A stretch of DNA of 64,000 nucleotides from an uncultured Acidobacteriota bacterium. GTDB lineage: Bacteria > Acidobacteriota > Thermoanaerobaculia > UBA5066 > Gp7-AA6. This document shows positions 19,093-27,407 of the stretch, in pieces (position 1 is the stretch's first letter; the number at the start of each line of letters is the position of its first letter). The stretch covers positions 675,224 through 739,223 of the forward strand of contig CAWHTA010000002.1 in NCBI GenBank assembly GCA_963832145.1, read 5' to 3'. Below the pieces are notes generated by a model, which searched no databases, was not told the DNA's origin, and was given only the letters and a program-made list of their open reading frames with translations. Both the position numbers and the translations under genes were made by a program.

Positions 19093-21894
19093 TCAGGCTT
19101 CCATCAACCCCGCGGTCTTCTCGATCTGGTACGCCTCGATCACGTCGCCGACCTTCACGTCCTGGTATCGCTCGAGCGCGATTCCGCACTCGAAACCCTG
19201 CTTCACTTCGGAGACGTCGTCCTTGAACCGGCGCAGCGAAGCGATCTTTCCGTCGTAGATGACGCGGTTGTCGCGCAGCAGGCGCACCTGCGAGGAGCGC
19301 GCGACCGAGCCTTCGGTGATGTAGCAGCCGGCGACGACGCCGAACTTCGGAACCTTGAACGTGTTGCGGACCTCGGCGCGGCCCCGGGCGACCTCCTTCA
19401 GCGTCGGGTCGAGGAGCCCTTCCATCGCCTTCCGGATCTCGTCGGTGACGTTGTAGATCACCGTGTGGAGGCGGAGCTCGACGCCGCTCTTCTCGGCCTC
19501 GGTCTCGGCTTTCCTCTCCGGCCGCACGTTGAAGCCGACGATGATCGCGCCGGAAGCCGATGCGAGAAGGACGTCGTTGATGTTGATCGCGCCGACGCCG
19601 ACGTGAAGGAGCGTGACCTTCACCTTCTCGTTGGAGAGGTTCTTCAACGCGTGCGCGAGGACTTCGGCCGATCCGGCGACGTCCGTCTTGACGATCAGGG
19701 GGAGCTCCTTGACCCGGCCCTCCTGGATCTTGTTGAAGAGCTGGTCGAGCGAGAACTTCTGGCTCGCCGCCATCGCCTTGTCCCGGTCCTTCAGCTGACG
19801 GAAGGACGCCACGGAGCGCGCCTTCGCCTCGTCGGGGACGACCTGGAAGGCGTCGCCGGCCTGGGGGAGGTCCTCGAAGCCGGTCACTTCGACCGGAGTC
19901 GCGGGTCCCGCTTCCGTCAGCCGCGCGCCGCGGTCGTCCGTCATGGACCGGACGCGGCCGAAGACCGATCCCGCGAAGAAGACGTCGCCGATCGAGAGCG
20001 TCCCGGACTGGACGAGGACGGTGGACACGTTCCCGCGGCCGGCTTCCCGCCGCGCTTCGAGAACGACGCCGCGCGCCTCTTCACTGACCGAGGCGGTGAG
20101 CTCCTGGAGGTCCGCCACGATGAGGATGAGCTCGAGGAGCTGTTCGATCCCCTGTTTCTTCGTCGCCGAGATCTCGGCGGAGGCGACGTCGCCGCCCCAC
20201 GACTCGAGGAGGACACCCTGGTCCGCGAGCTCCTTGCGCACGCGGTCCGGATTTGCGTTCGGCTTGTCGACCTTGTTTATCGCGACGACGATCGGGACCT
20301 TCGCCGCGCGCGCGTGGTTGATCGCCTCGATCGTCTGCGGCATGACCGCGTCGTCGGCGGCGACCACGAGCACGACGATGTCCGTCGCCTTTGCGCCGCG
20401 GGCGCGCATCGAAGTGAACGCCTCGTGACCGGGCGTGTCGAGGAAAACGATCGGCCGGCCGTTCACCTCGACCCGGTAGGCGCCGATGTGCTGCGTGATC
20501 CCGCCCGCCTCGCCCTCCGCCACCTTGGTCTGGCGGATCGCGTCGAGGAGCGACGTTTTGCCGTGATCGACGTGGCCCATCACGGTGACGACCGGAGCGC
20601 GCGGCGAACGCACGGACGGCTCGGCCGCCACGGTTTCCGACGTCTCCGACCCGCCGCGGGCGAGCTCCATCTCTTCTTCGAACGAAACGACAGCGGCCTC
20701 GACGCCGACTTCCTTGGCGATCTGGATCGCGGTGGGAGCGTCGAGCGTCTGGTTGACCGTCGCGAGGATCCCCCGCTGCATGAGGAGCCGCTGGATGTCC
20801 TTGGCGAGGACGCCGAGCTTCTCCGAGAGCTCCTTGATCGTGACGCCTTCCGAAAGGAAGATCGGACCGGTCGGCATCGGCTTCTTGAACTCGAGGAGCT
20901 TTCCGGAGTCGTGGGCGCGCGTGGACTTCGCCGCGCGACGGAGCGCCGACTTCGACACCGGCTTCGCCTCGGCCACGGCGCCCTCATCGGCCCCTTCGCC
21001 CTTCTCGATGAGAGGAAGGGAGATGTCGGAGTAGGTGTCTTCCTCGTACGCGCCGACGAACTCGCGAAGATCGACCTCGTCCGCGACGGTGATCTTCGGC
21101 TTTGCGCCGCGCTTCGCGGCCGGTTTCTTGTCCTTGTCGTCTTCCTTCTTGCGCTTGGTGACCGGGCGGTCGGTCTCCGGCGGGGGAGCCACGCCGCGTC
21201 CCGCGGCCGGTCCCATCGGCCGTCCCAGGGGACCCGCCGGACGGCCCGTCGGACCGGTGGGACCGGTGGGGCGCAGCGGCATTCCCGCCGGCCTCATGCC
21301 GGGGCCTCCGGGAGTCGGGCGGTACACGGAGGGGGCGGGCCGTCCGGGGGACCCGCTCGCGGGACCCATCGGCCGTGCCGGGCCCATCGGGCGCGTCGCG
21401 CCGGGTGCGGCGGACCGGGCCATCCCCGCGGATGCGGGGGGAGCGGCCGGTCGCGTCGGAACGGTGCGCGGGGGAGGCAGGACGATCTTGCGCGGCAGCG
21501 CCGGCTTCACCGGCTCGGCCTCGGGCTCGGACGGCACGACGGCGGTTCGCGCCGGCTCCGCCGGCTTCGCCTTCGGCTCGGCAGGGGGTGGCGCGGGCGC
21601 CGGTCGCCGCACCGGTTCCGGCTCCGGCTCGGGGCGCGGAACGGCGGGCTTGTCGATGATCTTGATCCGCGACAGCGCGCTCTTCTGCGGGCGGAACGCC
21701 TTCGACTCCGAGTCACGAACGATCAGCTGCTTCGGGGCGTGCGTCTTCCCCTGCAGGATTGCGAGCACGGTTGCTTCGTCGAGCGCCGCCTGCTCCGACT
21801 TGACGTCCACGCCGATCGACTGGAGAAGGAAGAGGACTTCCTTGCTCCCGATCCCCATCTGTGCCGCCAGCTCCTCGACCCGGATCTTTCCCAT
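19093..21894 (-). CDS. infB: translation initiation factor IF-2
   Basis: 933 aa. Pro/Ala-rich N-terminal region, G-domain 'VTVMGHVDHGKTSLLD', 'DTPGHEAF', 'NKVD'. Confidence 0.97.
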   Translation of the reverse strand: MGKIRVEELAAQMGIGSKEVLFLLQSIGVDVKSEQAALDEATVLAILQGKTHAPKQLIVRDSESKAFRPQKSALSRIKIIDKPAVPRPEPEPEPVRRPAPAPPPAEPKAKPAEPARTAVVPSEPEAEPVKPALPRKIVLPPPRTVPTRPAAPPASAGMARSAAPGATRPMGPARPMGPASGSPGRPAPSVYRPTPGGPGMRPAGMPLRPTGPTGPTGRPAGPLGRPMGPAAGRGVAPPPETDRPVTKRKKEDDKDKKPAAKRGAKPKITVADEVDLREFVGAYEEDTYSDISLPLIEKGEGADEGAVAEAKPVSKSALRRAAKSTRAHDSGKLLEFKKPMPTGPIFLSEGVTIKELSEKLGVLAKDIQRLLMQRGILATVNQTLDAPTAIQIAKEVGVEAAVVSFEEEMELARGGSETSETVAAEPSVRSPRAPVVTVMGHVDHGKTSLLDAIRQTKVAEGEAGGITQHIGAYRVEVNGRPIVFLDTPGHEAFTSMRARGAKATDIVVLVVAADDAVMPQTIEAINHARAAKVPIVVAINKVDKPNANPDRVRKELADQGVLLESWGGDVASAEISATKKQGIEQLLELILIVADLQELTASVSEEARGVVLEARREAGRGNVSTVLVQSGTLSIGDVFFAGSVFGRVRSMTDDRGARLTEAGPATPVEVTGFEDLPQAGDAFQVVPDEAKARSVASFRQLKDRDKAMAASQKFSLDQLFNKIQEGRVKELPLIVKTDVAGSAEVLAHALKNLSNEKVKVTLLHVGVGAININDVLLASASGAIIVGFNVRPERKAETEAEKSGVELRLHTVIYNVTDEIRKAMEGLLDPTLKEVARGRAEVRNTFKVPKFGVVAGCYITEGSVARSSQVRLLRDNRVIYDGKIASLRRFKDDVSEVKQGFECGIALERYQDVKVGDVIEAYQIEKTAGLMEA

Positions 21895-21903
21895 CGGTTC
21901 CGA

Positions 21904-23436
21904 TTACTCCTGAACGATCGTCTCTTCGGCCGCCTGGGAGGGCTCGCCCTCTTCTTCCGCCGACGTCTCGACCTCTTGCTGTTCTTCTTCCGCTTCTCCT
22001 TCGGTCTCTTCTTCCGCGAGCTCCTGCTCTTCTTCTTCCTCTTCCTCTTCTTCCGCCTGGCGGGGAGACCGGATCTCCTCTTCGGCCGCTGCGGCCGCGT
22101 CGAGGACCTTCTCCGCCGTCGCCGCGCCGATTCCCGGGATCTCGGCCAGCTCCTCCGCGCTCTTCTCGAGCACGTCGGCGAGCGACACGAGACCGGCTTC
22201 CGCCAACTTCGCCGCCGTCTTCTCGCCGATGCCGGGGATCTCCGCGACCGCGATCTGCCGCATGCGCGACGTCTGCAGCATGCGGGTCAGGGCCTCGGCG
22301 ACTTCCCCCTTGACCTCCGTCTCGCCCTTGATCTCGATCTTCAACCCGATGAGCGCCGAGGCGAGACGGACGTTCTGGCCCTTCTTGCCGATCGCGAGGG
22401 AGAGCTGCTCGTCTTCGACGACGCAGTCGAGGCTCATCGTTCCGTCGTCGTGATGGATGGGCGAAACCCGAGTGATCTTGGCCGGCGCGAGGGCGTTCTG
22501 GGCGAAGTTGATGAGGTCGTCGGAGTAGAGGATCACGTCGATCTTCTCGCCGTGGAGCTCCCGCATGATGGACTGGACGCGGCTGCCCCGCATGCCGACG
22601 CAAGCGCCGACCGGGTCGACGTCGCGCTCGCGCGAGCGCACGGCGACCTTCGCCCGCTCGCCCGGCTGGCGGACGGCTCCCTTGATCACGACGGTTCCGT
22701 CGTAGATCTCGGGCACTTCCATTTCGAAGAGCCGGATGAGCAGCCGCGGATCGGTGCGGGAGAGCACGAGCTGCGGGCCCTTGGGGTTCCGATGGACGTC
22801 GAACAGGATCGACCGGATCCTCTCGCCCTGCCCGTACCGCTCGGCGCGCGACTGCTGGTCCCGCGGGATGATCGCTTCGGTCTTGCCGAGGTCGACGATC
22901 ATGTCGCCCCGCTCGAAGCGCTTCACCGTCCCGCTCATGAGCTCCCCGACCTTCGGGAAGTACTCGTTGTAGATGTTGTCGCGCTCCGCTTCGCGGACCT
23001 TCTGATACAGGACCTGCTTGGCGGTCTGAGCCGCGATGCGGCCGAGCCCCATCGCCTCGCGATAGACGCGCACCTCGTCGCCGAGCTGAACTTCGTCGAC
23101 CTCGGTCGGCGGGGTGGCGCTCTCGGGATCGGCGCCCGGACGCAGCACGCGGACCTCGCCTCCCGTCCCCTTCTTGGCGACGAGCTCCCGCGCCTCGTCG
23201 AGCAGCATCTGGGGCGGCGGCTCCTCGGATTCGGTGTCGAGCACCTCGACGACAGTCCGCGGCGAATAGACGGTCATCGCGCCGGTCGTCCGGTCGATCA
23301 GGGTCACCATCGCCTTGTCGTGGTAGAACTTCCGCGCGGCCGAGGACATGGCTTCCTCGAGCGCGCCGAACATTTTTTCGGCGTCGATATCTTTCTCTCT
23401 CGAAACCTGTCGGATCACCGACGGATCGATGTTCAT
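21904..23436 (-). CDS. nusA: transcription termination/antitermination factor NusA with acidic C-terminal tail
   Basis: I chose the start MNIDPSVIRQVSREKDIDAEKMFGALEEA (ATG 23436) rather than the track start at 23574, which would overlap rimP. S1 and KH domains, HhH repeats, poly-Glu tail. Confidence 0.92.
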   Translation of the reverse strand: MNIDPSVIRQVSREKDIDAEKMFGALEEAMSSAARKFYHDKAMVTLIDRTTGAMTVYSPRTVVEVLDTESEEPPPQMLLDEARELVAKKGTGGEVRVLRPGADPESATPPTEVDEVQLGDEVRVYREAMGLGRIAAQTAKQVLYQKVREAERDNIYNEYFPKVGELMSGTVKRFERGDMIVDLGKTEAIIPRDQQSRAERYGQGERIRSILFDVHRNPKGPQLVLSRTDPRLLIRLFEMEVPEIYDGTVVIKGAVRQPGERAKVAVRSRERDVDPVGACVGMRGSRVQSIMRELHGEKIDVILYSDDLINFAQNALAPAKITRVSPIHHDDGTMSLDCVVEDEQLSLAIGKKGQNVRLASALIGLKIEIKGETEVKGEVAEALTRMLQTSRMRQIAVAEIPGIGEKTAAKLAEAGLVSLADVLEKSAEELAEIPGIGAATAEKVLDAAAAAEEEIRSPRQAEEEEEEEEEQELAEEETEGEAEEEQQEVETSAEEEGEPSQAAEETIVQE

Positions 23437-23476
23437 CGGACCGTACTTCTCCTCGAGCGCGGCGACTCGACCATCC

Positions 23477-23989
23477 TCAGGCGCGGCGCCCCGGCCACTC
23501 GAATTCCAGACGCGCCTGTCGAATATCGCCGAAACGGACATTATAGGTTTTGCGATTCTCCCCATCAACGACACGGAGGACGTCCCCGTCGACTCTCTCG
23601 AGCGTTCCGCGCAGGTTCCGGCTGCCTGCGGGCGCCGACTTCCCGCCGGACGTCTCCGGGAAGACCGGTTCGTCGGTCTTCACCCGGACCCGGCGACCGA
23701 CGAAACGCCGCGCGTCGTCGATCGAGTAGAGCTTGCGGTCGAGTCCGGCGGACGAGACCTCGAGAAGGTACCGGTGACCGATCTCGTCGGACTCGTCCAG
23801 GAGTGCCGAAACGTCCCGGGAGACGGCCTCGCACTCTTCGATCGTGACGGGGTTTCCGTCCTCCCTCTCGAGAACGACCCGCATCACAGAGGACCCCCCG
23901 CTGCCGGACGGCTCGACGTCGAGCAGACGGCATCCCTTTCGACGGGCGATCGCCCGGATTTGCTCCAGTGTTTCCTCCTTCAACCGCAT
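23477..23989 (-). CDS. rimP: ribosome maturation factor RimP
   Basis: 170 aa. 'LEVSSAGLDRKL'. It is the first gene of the nusA-infB operon. Confidence 0.9.
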   Translation of the reverse strand: MRLKEETLEQIRAIARRKGCRLLDVEPSGSGGSSVMRVVLEREDGNPVTIEECEAVSRDVSALLDESDEIGHRYLLEVSSAGLDRKLYSIDDARRFVGRRVRVKTDEPVFPETSGGKSAPAGSRNLRGTLERVDGDVLRVVDGENRKTYNVRFGDIRQARLEFEWPGRRA

Positions 23990-24004
23990 TTCCCAACTCG
24001 AATT

Positions 24005-24034
24005 GAAACAAAAAGGCGGGCCTGCGCCCGCCTC
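24005..24034 (-). terminator. intrinsic-terminator-like hairpin in the rimP-nusA leader (possible attenuator)
   Basis: The minus strand reads aggcgggc-gcag-gcccgcct (8-bp GC stem, 24014-24033) followed by ttttgtttc. It ends about 15 nt upstream of the rimP ATG (23989). No minus-strand gene lies upstream for it to terminate. Confidence 0.5.
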
Positions 24035-24171
24035 CCCGATCGTCGAGAGCCGTCTCTATGTATCAAATAGGGGGCACGAGCCGCAAGCCGCTCCCCTCGG
24101 AATAGGGAGAATCGCTCGACGCCCGAAGGTGTTAGGACTCAGGGTAGTTCTCCGCCGAAGCGAAACAAAAA

Positions 24172-25167
24172 GTGTTCCAGATCGTCGAAAAAGCGCAGAA
24201 ACCTTTCCCGGTGGAGAGGGCGATCCTCCTGTCGCTCGCGGGACATCTGGTGATCGCGATCCTCCTCATGAGCGCTCCGCCGACGTCGACCGCGCCGCCG
24301 AAACCGGGCGGCCTCCTCGCCTCCTTTCTTCCGCCGGAGCCGGAGCCGGAAGAAGGGCCGCCCATCCCGGTCGTTTTCAAGGAATCCCCGGGACCCACGC
24401 GGGAGAACCCACGCCGGGCGGACCCTTCCGACGCCACCCGGCGCGCGGGCGGCGGCGACCCCGCGCGGCCAAAGTCCCTCGCCCCCTTCGTCCCGCCGCT
24501 TCCCGGAATCGAGGGGCTCGAGGCCGGTCCGCGGTCGGGCCGGTCTTCTCCCAAGCCGGAGGGCACCCAGGCGCAGGCCGCGCCGCGGCGCGGGGAGCCG
24601 GAGGGGGCACGGGAGGACGATCCGGGCAAAGGGGTCTTCGGCCCCCGCGGGGAGACCTCGACGAAGTCCCCGATCGCGGCGAACGGGGCCCCCGCTCGGG
24701 AGGGCGAACGGCTCGCGAGCCTGGATCAGGCGATCCGGGAGGCGGCCCGGGACGCGGCGGCCGGAGGCTCCGGCCAGGAGGGCGCCGGTTTTCCGAACCC
24801 GGATGGCGGCTTCGTGGACTCCGGCCCGCTCTCCTTCGACACGACCTGGTACGACTGGGGGCCCTATGCCGCCGAGATGGTCCGGCGGATCCGGATGAAC
24901 TGGGACATCCCCGAGCTCGCCCGGCTCGGCTGGAAAGGCAAGCTCACGATCCGGTTCTTCATCCTGGCCGACGGGACGGTCGCGGACGCGACGATCGTCC
25001 GGCGCTCGGGCGTCCCGCCGTTCGACTTTGCCGCCCTCCAGGCGATCCTGAAATCCTCCAAGTTCCGGCCCCTTCCGAGCGAGCTGTCGGATCGCGAGGG
25101 GGTCACCGTAACCTTTTTCTACAATATTCGTCCGGAGAAGGAGACCCGGCCGGAGGGGACGCGATGA
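24172..25167 (+). CDS. TonB family energy transducer (C-terminal TonB domain)
   Basis: 331 aa, GTG start. One N-terminal TM helix, a long Pro-rich spacer, and C-terminal 'KGKLTIRFFILADGTVADATIVRRSGVPPFDFAALQAILKSSKFRPLP'. Confidence 0.75.
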   Translation: MFQIVEKAQKPFPVERAILLSLAGHLVIAILLMSAPPTSTAPPKPGGLLASFLPPEPEPEEGPPIPVVFKESPGPTRENPRRADPSDATRRAGGGDPARPKSLAPFVPPLPGIEGLEAGPRSGRSSPKPEGTQAQAAPRRGEPEGAREDDPGKGVFGPRGETSTKSPIAANGAPAREGERLASLDQAIREAARDAAAGGSGQEGAGFPNPDGGFVDSGPLSFDTTWYDWGPYAAEMVRRIRMNWDIPELARLGWKGKLTIRFFILADGTVADATIVRRSGVPPFDFAALQAILKSSKFRPLPSELSDREGVTVTFFYNIRPEKETRPEGTR

Positions 25168-25607
25168 ACGACCCCGGTGAGATCCGTTCGGCGCTCGAGA
25201 GCGCGAGGACGATCGCCGTCGTCGGCTGTTCTCCGAACCCGGAGCGGCCGTCGAACGCGATCGCCCGGTATCTCCTCGAGCAGGGCTATCGGGTCATCCC
25301 GGTCAACCCGGGACACTCCCGGATCCTCGGGGAGACGTGCTACCGGTCGCTCCAGGAGATCCCCGCGGACGTCTCGATCGACATCGTGGACGTGTTTCGC
25401 CGGTCCGACCAGGTCGCCCCGGTCGCCGAGCAGGCGATCGCCCGCGGTACCCGGCTCTTTTTCATGCAGCAGGGGGTGGTGGACCACGCCTCCGCGCGAC
25501 TTCTCGAAGAAGCCGGTATCCACGTGGCCATGGACCGCTGCATACTGGTCGAGCATGCGAGCCGGGGAATCGCCCCTCGGAAATTCGACGCCCGGCAGGC
25601 GCGTTGA
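25164..25607 (+). CDS. CoA-binding domain protein (YccU/YneT-like)
   Basis: This is the last 147 codons of track ORF 23844..25607. ATG 25164 overlaps the tonB-like stop (ATGA). 'ARTIAVVGCSPNPERPSNAIARYL...GYRVIPVNP'. Confidence 0.8.
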   Translation: MNDPGEIRSALESARTIAVVGCSPNPERPSNAIARYLLEQGYRVIPVNPGHSRILGETCYRSLQEIPADVSIDIVDVFRRSDQVAPVAEQAIARGTRLFFMQQGVVDHASARLLEEAGIHVAMDRCILVEHASRGIAPRKFDARQAR

Positions 25608-25616
25608 CTTTTTTTG
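25585..25616 (+). terminator. probable rho-independent terminator
   Basis: An imperfect GC stem at 25585-25607 (one bulge) overlaps the stop codon and is followed by c + T7 (25609-25615). A T-run like this is rare in this GC-rich sequence. Confidence 0.45.
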
Positions 25617-25703
25617 CCTGGAGTATTTGACAGCAGTGGAACAACCAACGGTGGAGCAACATAGTCCCGCCTCTCGCGACGGGGCGGAGGAGTAAGAAAA
25701 TCC

Positions 25704-27242
25704 ATGGAGAAATCCACAAAAAGAGCCCTTTCGTTCTCCGTGCTCATCGCCGCGGCCGTCATCTTCGGGATGGTCGTCGCGAGCTCGGTCAACGTGACCC
25801 CCCGGTCGGAGGCGCAGCGGGAAGCTCCCGCACGGGCGCGCACCGGCTCGGTACTGCTCCCTTCCTTCGCGGACATCGCCGACGAGACGATGCCGGCGGT
25901 CGTTTCGATCACCTCGACCGAGATCGTGAAGGGATCCTCCCGACGCTTCGTGTCGCCGTTCGGCGGCGGGGGCGGCGGCAATGGCGACCCGTTCGAGTTC
26001 TTCTTCGGACCCCAGCAGCGCCGCGGCCAGCCGCAGCAGCAGCCCCGGGACGACGAGGAGCACCCCGAGCGCCAGGGGGGCACCGGTTTCCTGATTTCCG
26101 AGGACGGCTACATCGTCACGAACTACCACGTGATCGAGAACGCCGACAAGGTCGAAGTCCGGCTCTCCAATCGCGAGCGTTTGACGGCGCGGATCGTCGG
26201 CCGGGACCCGGCGACGGACCTCGCCCTGCTCAAGATCGACTCCAAGACCACCCTGAACCCGCTTCCGCTCGGCAACTCCGACTCGCTCCGCGTGGGTGAG
26301 TGGGTCATGGCCATCGGCGACCCGCTGAACTTCGACAAGAGCGTCACGGTGGGCGTCGTCTCCGCGAAGGGCCGCTACGGCCTGACGGCGGACCGCGCGA
26401 CGAGCTCCTTCGAGAACTTCATCCAGACCGACGCCGCGATCAACTCCGGCAACTCGGGCGGGCCGCTGATCAACGTCAACGGCGAAGTGATCGGCATCAA
26501 CACGGCGATGTTCCGGCCCGCTCAGAACATCGGCTTCGCGGTTCCGATCAACACCCTGAAGAGCGTCCTGCCCCAGCTTCGCGAGAAGGGGAAAGTCACG
26601 CGCGGCTTCCTCGGGATCAACATCGAGAACGTCGACAGCGACAAGGCCGCGGCGTTCAAGCTGAAGTCGCTCGACGGCGCCTTCGTGCAGTCGGTCGAGT
26701 CCGGCCGGCCCGCCGACAAGGCGGGGGTTCGCCCGGGCGACGCGATCGTCCGCGTGGACGACCTGCCGGTCAAGGACACGCGGGAGCTCATCGGCTACGT
26801 TTCCGGCAAGGCCCCGGGCAGCAAGGTGCGGCTCGGCGTCGTGCGGGACGGTCGCGAGATGAACCTCACGGCGACGCTCGCCGAGCGCGATGCCACGCAG
26901 AGCGAGGAAGAGGAGCCCGGCAAGGCGAGCTCCCACGACTCGCGCGAGCGCATCGGCGTCTCGGTCACGGATCTGACGCCGCAGGTGCGGCAGATGCAGA
27001 GCATCCCGACGTCCGTGTCGGGTCTGCTCGTCGTCAACGTCAAGGAGGTTTCGGCGGCTGCGGATTCCGGGATCCGCGAGGGAGACGTGATCACCGAGGT
27101 CAACGGGCGGCGGCTCACGTCGACCGACGACTTCGGCAAGCTCGTCTCGGGCGCCCGCAAGGGCGAGTACCTGCGGCTGTACATCGTGCGGTCGCGCCCC
27201 GCCCCGGTCTCGTTCTTCGCCCTGGTGAAGATCGAGGAGTAA
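25704..27242 (+). CDS. htrA: periplasmic serine endoprotease, DegP/HtrA (Do) family, two PDZ domains
   Basis: 512 aa. Signal anchor, catalytic 'TNYHVIENA' (His) and 'GNSGGPLINVNGEVIGINTA' (Ser), two PDZ-like segments. Confidence 0.93.
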   Translation: MEKSTKRALSFSVLIAAAVIFGMVVASSVNVTPRSEAQREAPARARTGSVLLPSFADIADETMPAVVSITSTEIVKGSSRRFVSPFGGGGGGNGDPFEFFFGPQQRRGQPQQQPRDDEEHPERQGGTGFLISEDGYIVTNYHVIENADKVEVRLSNRERLTARIVGRDPATDLALLKIDSKTTLNPLPLGNSDSLRVGEWVMAIGDPLNFDKSVTVGVVSAKGRYGLTADRATSSFENFIQTDAAINSGNSGGPLINVNGEVIGINTAMFRPAQNIGFAVPINTLKSVLPQLREKGKVTRGFLGINIENVDSDKAAAFKLKSLDGAFVQSVESGRPADKAGVRPGDAIVRVDDLPVKDTRELIGYVSGKAPGSKVRLGVVRDGREMNLTATLAERDATQSEEEEPGKASSHDSRERIGVSVTDLTPQVRQMQSIPTSVSGLLVVNVKEVSAAADSGIREGDVITEVNGRRLTSTDDFGKLVSGARKGEYLRLYIVRSRPAPVSFFALVKIEE

Positions 27243-27262
27243 AGGCTATCCGATCGATCTCG

Positions 27263-27291
27263 AAACGCCCGCCCACCGGCGGGCGTTTTTT
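27263..27291 (+). terminator. rho-independent terminator after htrA
   Basis: cgcccgcc-cacc-ggcgggcg (8-bp stem, 27266-27285) followed by T6 (27286-27291). Confidence 0.8.
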
Positions 27292-27293
27292 CT

Positions 27294-27365
27294 GGGGACA
27301 GACCACGGTTTCTCGCCCGGGAGGGGACGACGCCCGCTCGTTCTGAGAAACCGTGGTCTGTCCCC
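27294..27365. repeat. perfect 21-bp inverted repeat with 30-nt spacer
   Basis: ggggacagaccacggtttctc (27294-27314) is exactly complementary to gagaaaccgtggtctgtcccc (27345-27365). Confidence 0.9.
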
Positions 27366-27407
27366 GTCGGGAACAACCGGGCGCGGTAAGTGCATTTACA
27401 CGTTGGC

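Noticed and set aside
21904-22110. Poly-Glu/acidic segment at the 3' end of nusA considered as a separate small ORF or repeat element
   Set aside because: It is continuous with the NusA frame and follows the HhH repeats. Acidic C-terminal tails on NusA occur in other bacteria.
19054-23847. 1597-aa plus-strand ORF, the longest in the track
   Set aside because: It is entirely antisense to infB, nusA and rimP, whose products are unmistakable. Its composition is Arg/Leu/Asp-rich nonsense typical of the reverse strand of high-GC genes.
25617-25632. TGG...GC spacing upstream of htrA considered as a sigma-54 promoter (a sigma-54 activator is encoded just downstream)
   Set aside because: The GG and GC elements are off by one nucleotide from the -24/-12 spacing, and TTGC is absent.
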